DNA of 32,000 bases from Methylophaga frappieri. Lineage in GTDB: Bacteria > Pseudomonadota > Gammaproteobacteria > Nitrosococcales > Methylophagaceae. Every line of letters begins with the position of its first letter. Within the stretch, counting starts at the first letter, position 1. This document shows positions 8,579-17,800 of the stretch, one piece after another. The notes beneath the pieces were generated by a model. It was not told where the DNA came from. It ran no database searches and saw nothing but the letters and a program-made list of their open reading frames with translations. A program made the translations under genes and the position numbers. The stretch lies in the NCBI RefSeq assembly GCF_000260965.1, contig NC_017856.1:2040001-2072000 (forward strand). Reading direction: 5' to 3'.

Positions 8579-9297
8579 CGAGCCCATTCGCTGTGGTACT
8601 CAAGATAGCTCCGATCAAATCCGGAAAAAGCGATAAGCCCTTCCAGATCAATGATTTCAATATCACCGTTATGACCGTCAATCAATTTCATTTCACGTAA
8701 CTGCTTAAAAGTGCGACTGATGTGTACCGACGATAAGCTCAATGTGTCTGCGATTGTCGATTGGGTCATCGGTAAGGTAAAGCCAAGATGCCGAATGGCA
8801 AGCCGACTATGAATCTCGACTAAAAAGTGCGCAAGGCTCTCAGCCGCACTTCGCCGGCCAATATTGATGATGCGTTCTATAAGCATCGATTGTTCTCTGG
8901 CCATTACCAGAAAGAAGACATCCGTCAATCGTGGTGCGGCGTCAAATATTTCGGTGAGTTTGCGCCTTGGAAAAGGGCAGGCAACGACATCGGTCAAAGT
9001 GCGCACTTCGGATTGATGTTTAACAAAGCTTAATTCGCGTAAGCCGATGATTTGTCCAGGCAGGAAAATATCCAGAATTTGTTGTTGACCATCTGGTAAT
9101 GGACGTATTGCGCACGCCCAGCCACTCTTCAGGGTATACAGTTTCTCAGCGGTGCTGCCAGCCGCGATGAGCTCTGCATCTTCGGGGTATTCTTTTGGAG
9201 CGAATTCGAGACTGGTTAATAATTCGACTTCGTCGTCACTAAGATCAACAAACCGTTGAAACTGGTGGGCAATACAGCCTGGTTCGGCAGGATTCAT
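8575..9297 (-). CDS. Crp/Fnr-family transcriptional regulator
   Basis: 240 aa. N-terminal cNMP-binding-like beta-barrel (LYTLKSGWA...R.L.DG..QIL.IFLPG.IIG) and C-terminal HTH (TQSTIADTLSLSSVHISRTFKQLRE..LI). It lacks the FNR N-terminal Cys cluster. Confidence 0.8.
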   Translation of the reverse strand: MNPAEPGCIAHQFQRFVDLSDDEVELLTSLEFAPKEYPEDAELIAAGSTAEKLYTLKSGWACAIRPLPDGQQQILDIFLPGQIIGLRELSFVKHQSEVRTLTDVVACPFPRRKLTEIFDAAPRLTDVFFLVMAREQSMLIERIINIGRRSAAESLAHFLVEIHSRLAIRHLGFTLPMTQSTIADTLSLSSVHISRTFKQLREMKLIDGHNGDIEIIDLEGLIAFSGFDRSYLEYHSEWAR

Positions 9298-9376
9298 TTT
9301 CGGTCCGTTGGTGTTTGTGGTTTAAGATTTGTGAAGGTTACGTATGGTTACCAAATTAAGTCAATTTATTTTAAGC

Positions 9377-9407
9377 AAAAAAAAGCACGATACGCGTTGT
9401 ATCGTGC
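9377..9407 (-). terminator. Rho-independent terminator after the UPF0391 gene (bidirectional shape)
   Basis: Perfect 9-bp stem gcacgatac / gtatcgtgc (9385-9407) with a 5-nt loop. A8 on the plus strand (9377-9384) gives U8 on the minus strand. Confidence 0.85.
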
Positions 9408-9431
9408 TTTGAGGTTTTACAGACAGAGTGA

Positions 9432-9596
9432 CTAAATGGGCGGCTTACGTCCGGTAACAAAGAAAATAATTGCCAGAACCAAGCCAACAACAAATAAAAT
9501 CCAAGCAATATTAGTTGCCGTACCAGCAATACCACTAAGACCTAATACACCGGCAATTAAACCAATAATTAGAAAGGTGATAGCCCAACTAAACAT
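9432..9596 (-). CDS. UPF0391 / DUF1328 small membrane protein (YtjA-like)
   Basis: [54 protein letters not shown] matches the family pattern. The track ORF starts at 9689, but AAGGA sits upstream of the ATGs at 9605 and 9596. I chose 9596 because its 9-nt spacing is better. Confidence 0.75.
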   Translation of the reverse strand: MFSWAITFLIIGLIAGVLGLSGIAGTATNIAWILFVVGLVLAIIFFVTGRKPPI

Positions 9597-9771
9597 AACA
9601 TTCATTCCTTTGCTGTAAAAAGGAGTTCCAATGTATGCTGTTGAAAAAAAACTGTCTTTAACCTGCGTTAAGGCAGTTGATAAGGACACTGGTAGATTTG
9701 TGAACGGTGATTCAGGTTGGAACCAACGCGTTCCAGCACGTTCTTAACATTGAGATAATCAAGGAGCAAAT

Positions 9772-9972
9772 ATGCACCAATCAAACACGTTAATGCGTAT
9801 GTTGAGCCGTTTTATGCTGATGGCATTTATTGTCGGGGCGATGGGAATGGTCAGTGCCTGTGAGCAACAAGGACCAGCAGAAGAGGCTGGCGAACAAGTT
9901 GATGAAATGTTGGAAGAGTCTGGTGATGCAATTGAAGATGCCGCCGATGAACTGGAAGAATCAACAGAGTAA
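9772..9972 (+). CDS. Small highly acidic lipoprotein
   Basis: 66 aa. Lipobox GMVSAC, then an E/D-rich tail. AAGGAG lies 5 nt upstream. Confidence 0.6.
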   Translation: MHQSNTLMRMLSRFMLMAFIVGAMGMVSACEQQGPAEEAGEQVDEMLEESGDAIEDAADELEESTE

Positions 9973-10048
9973 TTGAACTGTCACGCATCTTTGTCACGCT
10001 GATATCAGGAAATGACACAGTTAACTCTCGAATAAGAGGAGAACCACG

Positions 10049-10318
10049 ATGGCAACACAAACTAGTAATGAAGAACTTCAGAAACAATTAAATGCGCTGC
10101 GTGAAGATTTTGCTGGACTGACTAATACTCTGAAACAAATGAGTTCGGCTTATGCAGAACAAGGCCAGACAAAAGTGAAAGAAACGGCTGAAAAAGCGCA
10201 GGAACAAGTTAAACAGTCGTATAGTCGGGTACAAGGCGAGGTTGAGGCGAATCCCATGTCAAGTGTCGCCATTGCCTTTGGAATTGGTCTTGTCATTGGT
10301 AAGATTTTGGATCGCTAG
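10049..10318 (+). CDS. ElaB/YqjD/DUF883-family membrane-anchored stress protein
   Basis: 89 aa. Coiled-coil N-part (ELQKQLNALREDF..L...L) and a C-terminal anchor NPMSSVAIAFGIGLVIGKIL typical of DUF883. AGAGGAG RBS. Confidence 0.8.
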   Translation: MATQTSNEELQKQLNALREDFAGLTNTLKQMSSAYAEQGQTKVKETAEKAQEQVKQSYSRVQGEVEANPMSSVAIAFGIGLVIGKILDR

Positions 10319-10333
10319 GCGGTACATTTTTTA

Positions 10334-10777
10334 ATGCGTATGGGATCCGATTTGATAGCCAAGCTAAAAGTAAATGGCATTGCCATTGCCATTGCCGTTG
10401 TCTTTAGTCTGATGGCAGTTGGCTTTGCCGGCTTGGCGCTCTATTATTGGTTAAACGTTCATTTTCTGCCTGACGTTGCGGCGTTACTCACGGCATTGAT
10501 TTTTGTTTTGCTGGCATTGATGACGTTACTCATTGCGAAGCTGGTTAACCGGGGGGATACTGTCAGCACCCCGTCATCCAGCGACTGGCAGACAAAACTG
10601 GCAGCGATGGAACAGGGTCTTCAACAACATGTTGATCCCCGAGTCAGTGACTGGGTAAAGCGCCATCCAGGGCGGAGCATGACATTATGTGTCTTGGCTG
10701 GTACGCTGATTGGCAGCAATGAAGAGGCTAGGCGGCTTATTAAAAACGTTGTCGATGATTTTTTAAATAGTAAGTAG
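10334..10777 (+). CDS. Two-TM membrane protein, YqjE/holin-superfamily-III-like (tentative)
   Basis: 147 aa with two adjacent hydrophobic helices. Its position directly after the DUF883 gene mirrors E. coli yqjD-yqjE. Sequence similarity itself has not been verified. Confidence 0.5.
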   Translation: MRMGSDLIAKLKVNGIAIAIAVVFSLMAVGFAGLALYYWLNVHFLPDVAALLTALIFVLLALMTLLIAKLVNRGDTVSTPSSSDWQTKLAAMEQGLQQHVDPRVSDWVKRHPGRSMTLCVLAGTLIGSNEEARRLIKNVVDDFLNSK

Positions 10778-10844
10778 TCATACCATTCATTTGTAAGCCG
10801 AGGCGCTATTTTTTCGACTAACCTGATTCCTGAGGGGAGCAGCA

Positions 10845-11201
10845 ATGGGCAAAAAACTGAATCGCACGGCGACCAAGTTAAAAATGACGGCGCAGCAAGA
10901 AGCGCGTCGTGAGCGCCTGAATCGTGCCGGTATCCTGTTAGAACGTTGGGGGCAGAAATCGCGTCAACCTATCATGCCAATGCTGCATGAGGGGGAATCC
11001 GATCCTGCATTTATTGAGGATCAAATGACCTCAGAAGTTGTTAACGCACTGACCAGGGATGCCCGGAATATTGCTGAATTACATTGGTCTTCTGGATTTT
11101 CAGCGGCGGAAATTGCAGAACAGCAAGCATTAACCCGTAACGCCGTCAGACAACAATTGGGCTTTGTGGTAGAACAAGTTGCCAACAAAGTACTAATGTA
11201 G
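10845..11201 (+). CDS. Hypothetical small protein with a C-terminal HTH-like segment
   Basis: 118 aa. GAGGGGAG RBS. C-terminal SGFSAAEIAEQQALTRNAVRQQLGFVVEQV looks like a sigma-region-4/LuxR-type HTH. An N-terminal LLERWGQ motif is present. Confidence 0.55.
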   Translation: MGKKLNRTATKLKMTAQQEARRERLNRAGILLERWGQKSRQPIMPMLHEGESDPAFIEDQMTSEVVNALTRDARNIAELHWSSGFSAAEIAEQQALTRNAVRQQLGFVVEQVANKVLM

Positions 11202-11211
11202 GAGAAAACAC

Positions 11212-11403
11212 ATGGAAAGTGCTGCAATAATTGGTTTGGCTTCGCAGCTCTCGGCAGTACAGCAAGTGTCTGAACAGCAGATAGCGATATTAAAACTAGC
11301 CAACGAACAGAGCAAAGCCAATGGCGCTGCAATCATTGCCTTACTTGAGCAGATGCCGGTGGCGACGACAAAAGCAGGCCAACTCATCAATATTAAAGTT
11401 TAG
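11212..11403 (+). CDS. YjfB-like 'putative motility protein' family (PF14070-like)
   Basis: 63 aa. The pattern ...LSAVQQVSEQQIAILKLANEQSKANGAAIIALLEQ...GQLINIKV matches my memory of the YjfB family (Q-rich helix, terminal hydrophobic-D/N-hydrophobic-K/R-hydrophobic motif, here INIKV). GGAGAA RBS. Confidence 0.5.
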   Translation: MESAAIIGLASQLSAVQQVSEQQIAILKLANEQSKANGAAIIALLEQMPVATTKAGQLINIKV

Positions 11404-11513
11404 TCACTTCCCACACTGGAAACCTCCGCCGGACGTAGTCTAATACGTTTGGCTTTTCAGTCTTCATTGAAACACGTAAGCTGACCGAATCACGTCATTC
11501 GGGAATATCACGC

Positions 11514-12869
11514 ATGGAAAAACTGGTCATTGCGGTTTATTTACTGGCCGTTCTGTTGGTCGGGCTGGCCGCTGGTAAGCGGATGCAAGGGTTGCAGGAT
11601 TTTGCCTTGGCGGGCAGGTCTTATGGCATGCTGGTTATTTTCGCTACCTTGTCGGCATCCTTTATCGGTGGTGGCTTTTCAATGGGCAATGCCGAGAAAG
11701 TATTTCTGGTTGGCGTCAGTAATATCGTGGCATTGTGGGGCTTTAGTCTGAAAGAAATACTGGTTGCTCGATATATCGCACCAAAAATGACGCATTATCC
11801 AGGAGCTATTTCTGTCGGCGATATTATGGCGACACATTACGGCCAAGGAGCAAGGCTGTTCACCGGGTTTTTTTCCATTGTGTTGTGCGCCGGAATTCTG
11901 GGCGCGCAAGTTGGCTCGATGGGCTATATTTTTAATTTATTTCTGGGTGTCGATAAAGTCTGGGGCATCCTTATTGGCTGCGGTATTGTGATTGCCTATT
12001 CGACCATTGGTGGAATGCGTGCTGTGATCTGGACGGATGTGATGCAATTTGTGGTGCTCGCGGTCGGCATTCCATTAACCTTATATTTTGGGTTGCAAGC
12101 GGTTGGTGGCTGGCAGGCATTAACGACGCAATTGCCCACGACACATTTACAGTTACCGAGTGAGCCATTAGCGTTATTGGCACTATTATCGTTGTTCCTG
12201 ACCTTTATGCTTGGCGAAACGCTGGTACCGCCTTATCTACAGAGGCTACTCATTGGATGTTCAAGTCAAGCTGTCTCGCGAGGTTCGTTGTTAAGTGGGC
12301 TGTTTTCCGTGCCTTTTTTTGCGATTACCGGCTTGATCGGGTTAGTTGCACTGGCAATGCAGGCAGATTTGAATGCGAATCTGGCGATGCCTTATGTTAT
12401 TCAGCAGACAGTGCCACCGATTTTGCAAGGCGTGGTTGCAGCAGCGATCGTTTCAATTATCATGTCATCGGCAGATTCTTTTCTGAACTCAGCTTCCATT
12501 GCATTTAGTAATGATATTGTTCGGCCTCTTCGTAGACAGCCATTATCTAATCAGGCAGAGTTACGTCTCGCGAGAGCAGTCACCCTATTGGTGGGGCTGC
12601 TATCGGTGGTGTTTGCGTTATCCATTGATAGTGTCATCGATATCTTGATTTATGCTTACAATTTCTGGGCACCGACGGTGTTGGTACCACTGTGCATGGG
12701 GGTACTGGGCTATCACGTCAGTCAACGGCGATTTATAGCGGGCGCGATGGCGGGGATTAGCGTCGCCATTATCTGGAATACTTTGCTGGGTGGACCATTG
12801 AATGTCGATGGTCTGGTGCTTGGTACGCTTGCGAACTGGCTGACCTTTATTTCAATAGACCGCCGGTAG
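11514..12869 (+). CDS. Sodium:solute symporter family (SSF) transporter
   Basis: 451 aa, about 12 TM helices. The SSF-type N-terminus (AGR..G......ATL.AS.IGGG...G) and ...YSTIGGMRAVIWTDV.Q segment are present. Confidence 0.8.
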   Translation: MEKLVIAVYLLAVLLVGLAAGKRMQGLQDFALAGRSYGMLVIFATLSASFIGGGFSMGNAEKVFLVGVSNIVALWGFSLKEILVARYIAPKMTHYPGAISVGDIMATHYGQGARLFTGFFSIVLCAGILGAQVGSMGYIFNLFLGVDKVWGILIGCGIVIAYSTIGGMRAVIWTDVMQFVVLAVGIPLTLYFGLQAVGGWQALTTQLPTTHLQLPSEPLALLALLSLFLTFMLGETLVPPYLQRLLIGCSSQAVSRGSLLSGLFSVPFFAITGLIGLVALAMQADLNANLAMPYVIQQTVPPILQGVVAAAIVSIIMSSADSFLNSASIAFSNDIVRPLRRQPLSNQAELRLARAVTLLVGLLSVVFALSIDSVIDILIYAYNFWAPTVLVPLCMGVLGYHVSQRRFIAGAMAGISVAIIWNTLLGGPLNVDGLVLGTLANWLTFISIDRR

Positions 12870-12888
12870 AATTGAAACTGAGCTTAGA

Positions 12889-13413
12889 TTATGGTTGATC
12901 CGGTGGTGTGCCCAGCCAAATGAGTTCCGAAGTGGTAAACCCCAAGGTATTTGCCTGTTCTAAGAAGTTTTGTTTCACGGCATCGCTGACATCGGGCGTG
13001 CGCGCCAGTAACCATAAATAGTTACGATTAGGGCCGGCAACATAACTGTATTGATAATCTGAATCCAGATCAAAAATGACATAGGCTCCGTAAAATGGCC
13101 CAAAAAATGAGACTTTTAAATGGCCAATATCTGGAGAATCAACAAAATAGGCTTTACCCTCTGCCTGCTCCCAACGCTCTTCTGCCTGATTAAAGCCTCG
13201 GTTAATGACGCGAATGCCCCCATCCTCACGATAGGAATAGTCAGCGGTAACCTGAGTCAGGCCTGCTTCAAAATCATGATCCAGTCTGGCAACCTCATAC
13301 CATTTGCCGAGATACGCATCGACAGAGAAATTTGAAACCGGATCAATGCCGTCCGGGTGGTAGCTACAGCCCGATAAAAAAAACAGACTAAAGATAAGTT
13401 GTACAGATCTCAT
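12889..13413 (-). CDS. blc: Bacterial lipocalin, outer membrane lipoprotein Blc
   Basis: The ATG at 13413 gives MRSVQLIFSLFFLSGCS (lipobox). The lipocalin core is YLGKWYEVARLDH.FE.GL..VTA.Y......GI.V.N.G.......W...EGKA.F......G.LKVSFFGPFYG.Y.....D.DYQY..V.GP.R.YLW.LAR. Confidence 0.9.
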   Translation of the reverse strand: MRSVQLIFSLFFLSGCSYHPDGIDPVSNFSVDAYLGKWYEVARLDHDFEAGLTQVTADYSYREDGGIRVINRGFNQAEERWEQAEGKAYFVDSPDIGHLKVSFFGPFYGAYVIFDLDSDYQYSYVAGPNRNYLWLLARTPDVSDAVKQNFLEQANTLGFTTSELIWLGTPPDQP

Positions 13414-13498
13414 GGTATTCTCACTATACATGACCCGACTTGATTCCTGTGGAACCAAGACAGGTTAATTTTAAAACCAAACTGAGGAATTGGACAGC

Positions 13499-13741
13499 AT
13501 GGCAATCAAACAATTCATGGTCATGCTGGGGGCGATATGTTGTACCAGCTGTGCAACCTATACCCTAATGAAAAGTGATCGTTATTATCAGCAGGCAGAT
13601 ATTCCCGCTGACGCGATGCCGCAGCCAGGCCAATGTCGCCTCTGGTACAACAACCGCCCCGTATCAGAACAGCCACCTGCTCGCGATTGTGCTGATTTTC
13701 TGGACAAAATACCTAAGGAGGCAAGGTTGATCCGTGGCTAA
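13499..13741 (+). CDS. Small Cys-containing putative lipoprotein, unknown function
   Basis: The ATG at 13499 lies 11 nt after GAGG. The N-terminus is hydrophobic (MAIKQFMVMLGAICCTSC). No family recognised. Confidence 0.45.
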   Translation: MAIKQFMVMLGAICCTSCATYTLMKSDRYYQQADIPADAMPQPGQCRLWYNNRPVSEQPPARDCADFLDKIPKEARLIRG

Positions 13742-13767
13742 GTAAAAAGCCAGGTAACTGCCAAGTC

Positions 13768-14052
13768 TTAAGCGCGCTTTGATGTTGAGCTCATAATGGA
13801 TGGCATGATGCGCTTTGCATGGCTTGTTAAGGGCTGCCTGGTCGCAAGCTGTCGATAATCGCTGTTGCAGAAGACCAAATTATGCCGGCTTGGCTTGGCG
13901 AGAAAGTCTCTTAAATCAGCATCGGTTCTGGCAATTATCGTTACTTGATACCAACGTCGTTGGTGTAGAGAATCTGCCATAAGCGAGCCGGCGTGAACGA
14001 TTTTTCGGTAATCTAAAAAACCAAATAATCGCCAGATTTTTGATGCGGGCAA
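13768..14052 (-). CDS. Doubtful hypothetical ORF (94 aa)
   Basis: TTG start, no clear RBS at either the TTG or the internal ATG (13980), no recognisable motif. Listed only because it fills an otherwise 400-nt gap. Confidence 0.2.
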   Translation of the reverse strand: MPASKIWRLFGFLDYRKIVHAGSLMADSLHQRRWYQVTIIARTDADLRDFLAKPSRHNLVFCNSDYRQLATRQPLTSHAKRIMPSIMSSTSKRA

Positions 14053-14141
14053 TGATAAGCTGAATTAACACTGGTGCATGGCAAAGTGGCTACGCAATCC
14101 GAGCTTAATTAACAGATATAGGGTTAACGGGGTGCCAGCCA

Positions 14142-14567
14142 ATGATTGAAAAAGATGCGGATACTTATGTCATGTTGAAAGCGGTGGCAGAAGCTATTGA
14201 TCTGGCTTCGCGGAATTATAATGATGAAATTATTGGCATTCATTATTACGCCAGACTGAGTGTGCTAAGCGATGATGAGCTAAGTGAATTAATCGCGCTC
14301 TGGCATCAAAAAAGAGTGACTTGTTTGAAGGAAAAGCTGGCATCACAATGGATGGTAATTCAGATTCTGATGCTTATTATTCTGGCCATCAGTATTGCTT
14401 GGTTGTCGGGTGGGATGGCCGGAATGGTAGCGAGTTTCGTCGGCATTATTGCAGCGATTGCCATGATAGAAGACAAACGGGTCAGTATTGCGAAAAGAAA
14501 TCTGCAAGATGCGATTAAAGTATGTGAACACTTGCAAAACGAGTTCAGCGTTCGTCAATCTCCCTAA
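14142..14567 (+). CDS. Hypothetical membrane protein (141 aa)
   Basis: ATG start. Soluble N-part, then two hydrophobic helices (WMVIQILMLIILAISIAWLSGGMAGMVASFVGIIAAIAMI). No family recognised. Confidence 0.45.
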   Translation: MIEKDADTYVMLKAVAEAIDLASRNYNDEIIGIHYYARLSVLSDDELSELIALWHQKRVTCLKEKLASQWMVIQILMLIILAISIAWLSGGMAGMVASFVGIIAAIAMIEDKRVSIAKRNLQDAIKVCEHLQNEFSVRQSP

Positions 14568-14630
14568 AGCTAAAGACGCTGGTTGAACAATTTAAATAAG
14601 ACGCTGGGAACGGGCTCTACCATAAAAAAA

Positions 14631-14652
14631 CCCGACCTAAGCCGGGTTTTTT
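14631..14652. terminator. Bidirectional Rho-independent terminator (serves 14142..14567 on + and pqqA on -)
   Basis: A7 (14624-14630), hairpin cccgac-ctaa-gccggg (14631-14646), then T6 (14647-14652). Confidence 0.75.
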
Positions 14653-14672
14653 CAATTCAATTTGGCAGTGAA

Positions 14673-14744
14673 TTAACGGTTGTTAATGTACATGGTTACT
14701 TCAAAGCCAAAACGCATATCTGAATATTCTGGTTTAGTCCACAT
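14673..14744 (-). CDS. pqqA: Coenzyme PQQ precursor peptide PqqA (23 aa), absent from the ORF track
   Basis: The reverse strand reads MWTKPEYSDMRFGFEVTMYINNR*. It has the same length and E-x-x-x-Y core as known PqqA peptides. AAGGAGA lies 7 nt upstream and a terminator about 20 nt downstream. Confidence 0.88.
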   Translation of the reverse strand: MWTKPEYSDMRFGFEVTMYINNR

Positions 14745-14805
14745 AACAATTCTCCTTAATTAGCCAATCAGCCAAATGCTGATTAATTGCTATGTTAATG
14801 AATTG

Positions 14806-14854
14806 CAAAAAAAGGAAAATCAGCGCTTTACCTGATAACGGTCAGGATTTTCCT
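14806..14854 (-). terminator. Terminator after the CHASE-PAS-GGDEF-EAL gene
   Basis: On the minus strand, AGGAAAATC (14854-14846) pairs with GATTTTCCT (14821-14813), enclosing the inner hairpin cctga/tcagg. It is followed by TTTTTTT (14812-14806). Confidence 0.6.
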
Positions 14855-14878
14855 GAGACTTATCCTGACGCCGCAATA

Positions 14879-17800
14879 TTAATCTGCCAACGCTCTGTCA
14901 ATCAAAGCATAAAAGATGTCAGCCTGTTGTGCGAGCTGTTGTTGTAACTCCAATCGGTCAGGTGACGTGGCTTCGCAGGCGTTCAGTGCTCGGGCAATCT
15001 CGTGCATATAATCCTGGCTGGTGGCGAGTTGTTGCAAGCATGTCATGTTAGCTGCCTGTTGTTGACTACAACGTCGAAGCAAACTGCCGCAATGCGATGT
15101 TTGTGGATTTAATGCTGTCGAGGGTATTGGACTGTCTTTGTGCTCAGCTGAGAACTGTCCTAGCCAGCGGGTGACGCTTAAGCGCAGTAAATAGAGGCTT
15201 TTTTGCCAAGGTGATAAGTTTTTCTCTGCTAACTGTTGCCAGCCAGGCAGCGGTTGATAATGCGCAATCCAATCTATGAAATCGGCTGCCGGCATGGGTT
15301 TGGCAATAGCATAACCCTGCGCCAGATCGCAGTTTAACAACAGCAACATTTGACCAATAGCTTCCGACTCGACCCCTTCGGCAACAACCTGACGGTCAAA
15401 TGCGCGCGCCAGACCTATCACGCCTTCGACGATATTGAAGTCATTTGGATCATCCAGTAAATCCCGAACAAAGCTTTGATCGATTTTGATGGTATTGGCC
15501 GAAAGATGGCGCAGATGGGTGAGTGAGGAGTAACCGGTGCCAAAGTCATCAAGGGCCACTTGCACACCGAGTTGTTCGCGACAGTCTCGAATGACGCGAC
15601 TGATCGTACGCACATCCCCCAAAGCGCCTGTTTCCAGAATCTCAAGCTGCAAGGATGGCGATAATACTTGTGGATACGCAGCTAACGCCGCTTGCAAATT
15701 GCTGACAAAATCTCGAGACTGAAGGTGGCTGGCGGCAATATTGACACTAATAAACAACGGTTGTTTAAGTACGTTTTGAAAAGCATCGATTTGCCGAATA
15801 GCCTGCTGTATAACCCAATTACCGACCTGAATTTCTAATTCCGTATCGGCGAGTACCGGCAGAAACTGCCCTGGCAGTAGCAACCCTTGTTCAGGATGCT
15901 GCCAGCGAATTAATGCTTCAACGCCCATGACCTTGCCGTTGCGCATATTTATCTCAGGCTGAAAATACAAACAAAGCTGATCTTCCTGCAGTGCAACCCG
16001 AAGCGCTTGCAGCAAAGCATGTTTTTCAATGGTTTGCTGATTTTCGTGTGGATTAAAGAGTTGGTAAGTATTGCGCCCGGTTAATTTTGCTTGATACATC
16101 GCTTGATCTGAATAACGCAGCAGCGTATCCAGATTGTCATCATCCTGCGGGTACATGGCGATACCACTTGATGCACTGAGAGAAAGCTCCAGATCGCCAA
16201 TTTTAAAAGGTTGTGCCAAGGTCTCGTGGATGCGCTGCAAGAACAGTTCACATTGTTCGTAGGATTCAACATCTTGAAACAGGATGGCAAACTCATCACC
16301 ACCAAAACGCGACAAGGTATCACCTTCGCGTACACAGTCTGTCAGACGCTTGGCAACTTCAACGAGCAATTTGTCACCAACACTATGGCCGTATGTGTCA
16401 TTAACCGGTTTAAAATTATCCAAATCCAGGAAACAAACACCTAACCATGTCTGGGTTTTGCGGCTATGCTCAGTGGCTTGCTGAAAGCGTTCAGCGAATA
16501 ATACGCGATTAGGCAGTTTGGTTAGCACATCATAATGTGCCATCAGTTCAAGTGTTTCCTGTTGTTGTTTTGTCTGCGTGATATCTGAGAATAAGCCGAC
16601 ATAATGTCGTTCTTGAGCATCTTTGCCTGCCAATGCTGAGATGGTCATTAATTGAGCATAAAGCTCGCCATCACGACGCTTATTCCAGACTTCGCCGCGC
16701 CAATAACCGTCTTTATCCAAGGCTTGCCACATGGCGGCATAAAAACCGTCATCATGTCGACCTGATTTGAGCAGGGATGGATTCTGACCAATGACTTCTT
16801 CGCGCGGATAGCCGGTTATTGAAGTAAATGCGGGATTAACATCAATGATGGTGCCGTCTGTTTCTGTGATCACAATCCCTTCATGCGCTTGCGTAAACAT
16901 TTGAGCGGCAAATCGCAATTGTTGTTCAGCAGTTTTACGCACGGTGATATCGTAAAAAACCAGCAATAATTCATTTTCGAAGGCATCTTGTAAGGCTGAA
17001 AAACTCAGCAGGGCAACTCGCTCGCTACCATCTGGGCAGGTTATGGTCACTTCGGTCGTTGTTTTGGATAGCTCAGAAACGGCCAGCTTGCCTTCCAGCC
17101 AGAGATTCAGTTGTTTTTGGTAACCCGGATCCAGACTGGTTTGTTGCCACCAAGCCATCAATTGCGGGAAATTATCCAGCCGATATCCGTAACTTTCGGT
17201 AAAGGCGGGGTTGATGAAACTAACCTGTTTTTTACTGCTGACCAGCAGGTAAGGAATAGGTGAGTTTTCAATCAAATGACGAAATTTGAGGTTGGCGAGT
17301 GAGGCAGAAAAAATCAGTCGAAAAAACGCTTCCAACAAAATAAAAATAGCGATGGCAATACCAAAAATCAGGATGCGAGTTTGCCAGACATTCTGCTGTG
17401 CCGCTTGCCAGCCGCCGAGGGGTTGTGCGACCAATTGCCAATAGCCCTCTGGCAATTCCATGCGCATGAGCATTCTGGGATCATCAAATAATGCCGGTTC
17501 ACCCCAGACCATCTCACCGTTAGCGCCCAGGCCATCTTTACCTCGAATGGCCAGTTCAATAGGCATATTGTTGTCAAGGCCAGCCGCAGCAAAAAAAGCG
17601 TTGCTATCAATAACCGCCGAAATCAATCCCCAGAATTCGCGTTTTTCATTCTGGGTCCTGAATACTGGAATACGTGTAATTAATCCCACGCCACCTTGCT
17701 TAAGCTCGAGCGGCCCTGCCAAGACCAATCGCCCCGTCGTCCGGGCAAGTTCCGCTGCCGCAAACTGATCGGGTACTTTTCGATAATCTAGACCTAATGT

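Noticed and set aside
9699-9714. CRP-like half site TGTGA-N6-ATTCA between the UPF0391 gene and the acidic lipoprotein gene
   Set aside because: Only the left half matches TGTGA-N6-TCACA. The right half is wrong. The neighbouring TGGAAC-N6-GTTCCA repeat (9718-9735) is noted but unassigned.
10845-11201. Calling the 118-aa protein a phage Q-type antiterminator
   Set aside because: Only a 5-residue LERWG resemblance and a generic HTH support it. There are no surrounding phage genes. It is kept as hypothetical.
13768-14052. Possibility that the 94-aa ORF is a REP-associated (RAYT/IS200-like) transposase remnant
   Set aside because: The WYQVT segment is superficially similar. But there is no HUH motif, no catalytic Tyr region and no flanking REP-type palindromes.
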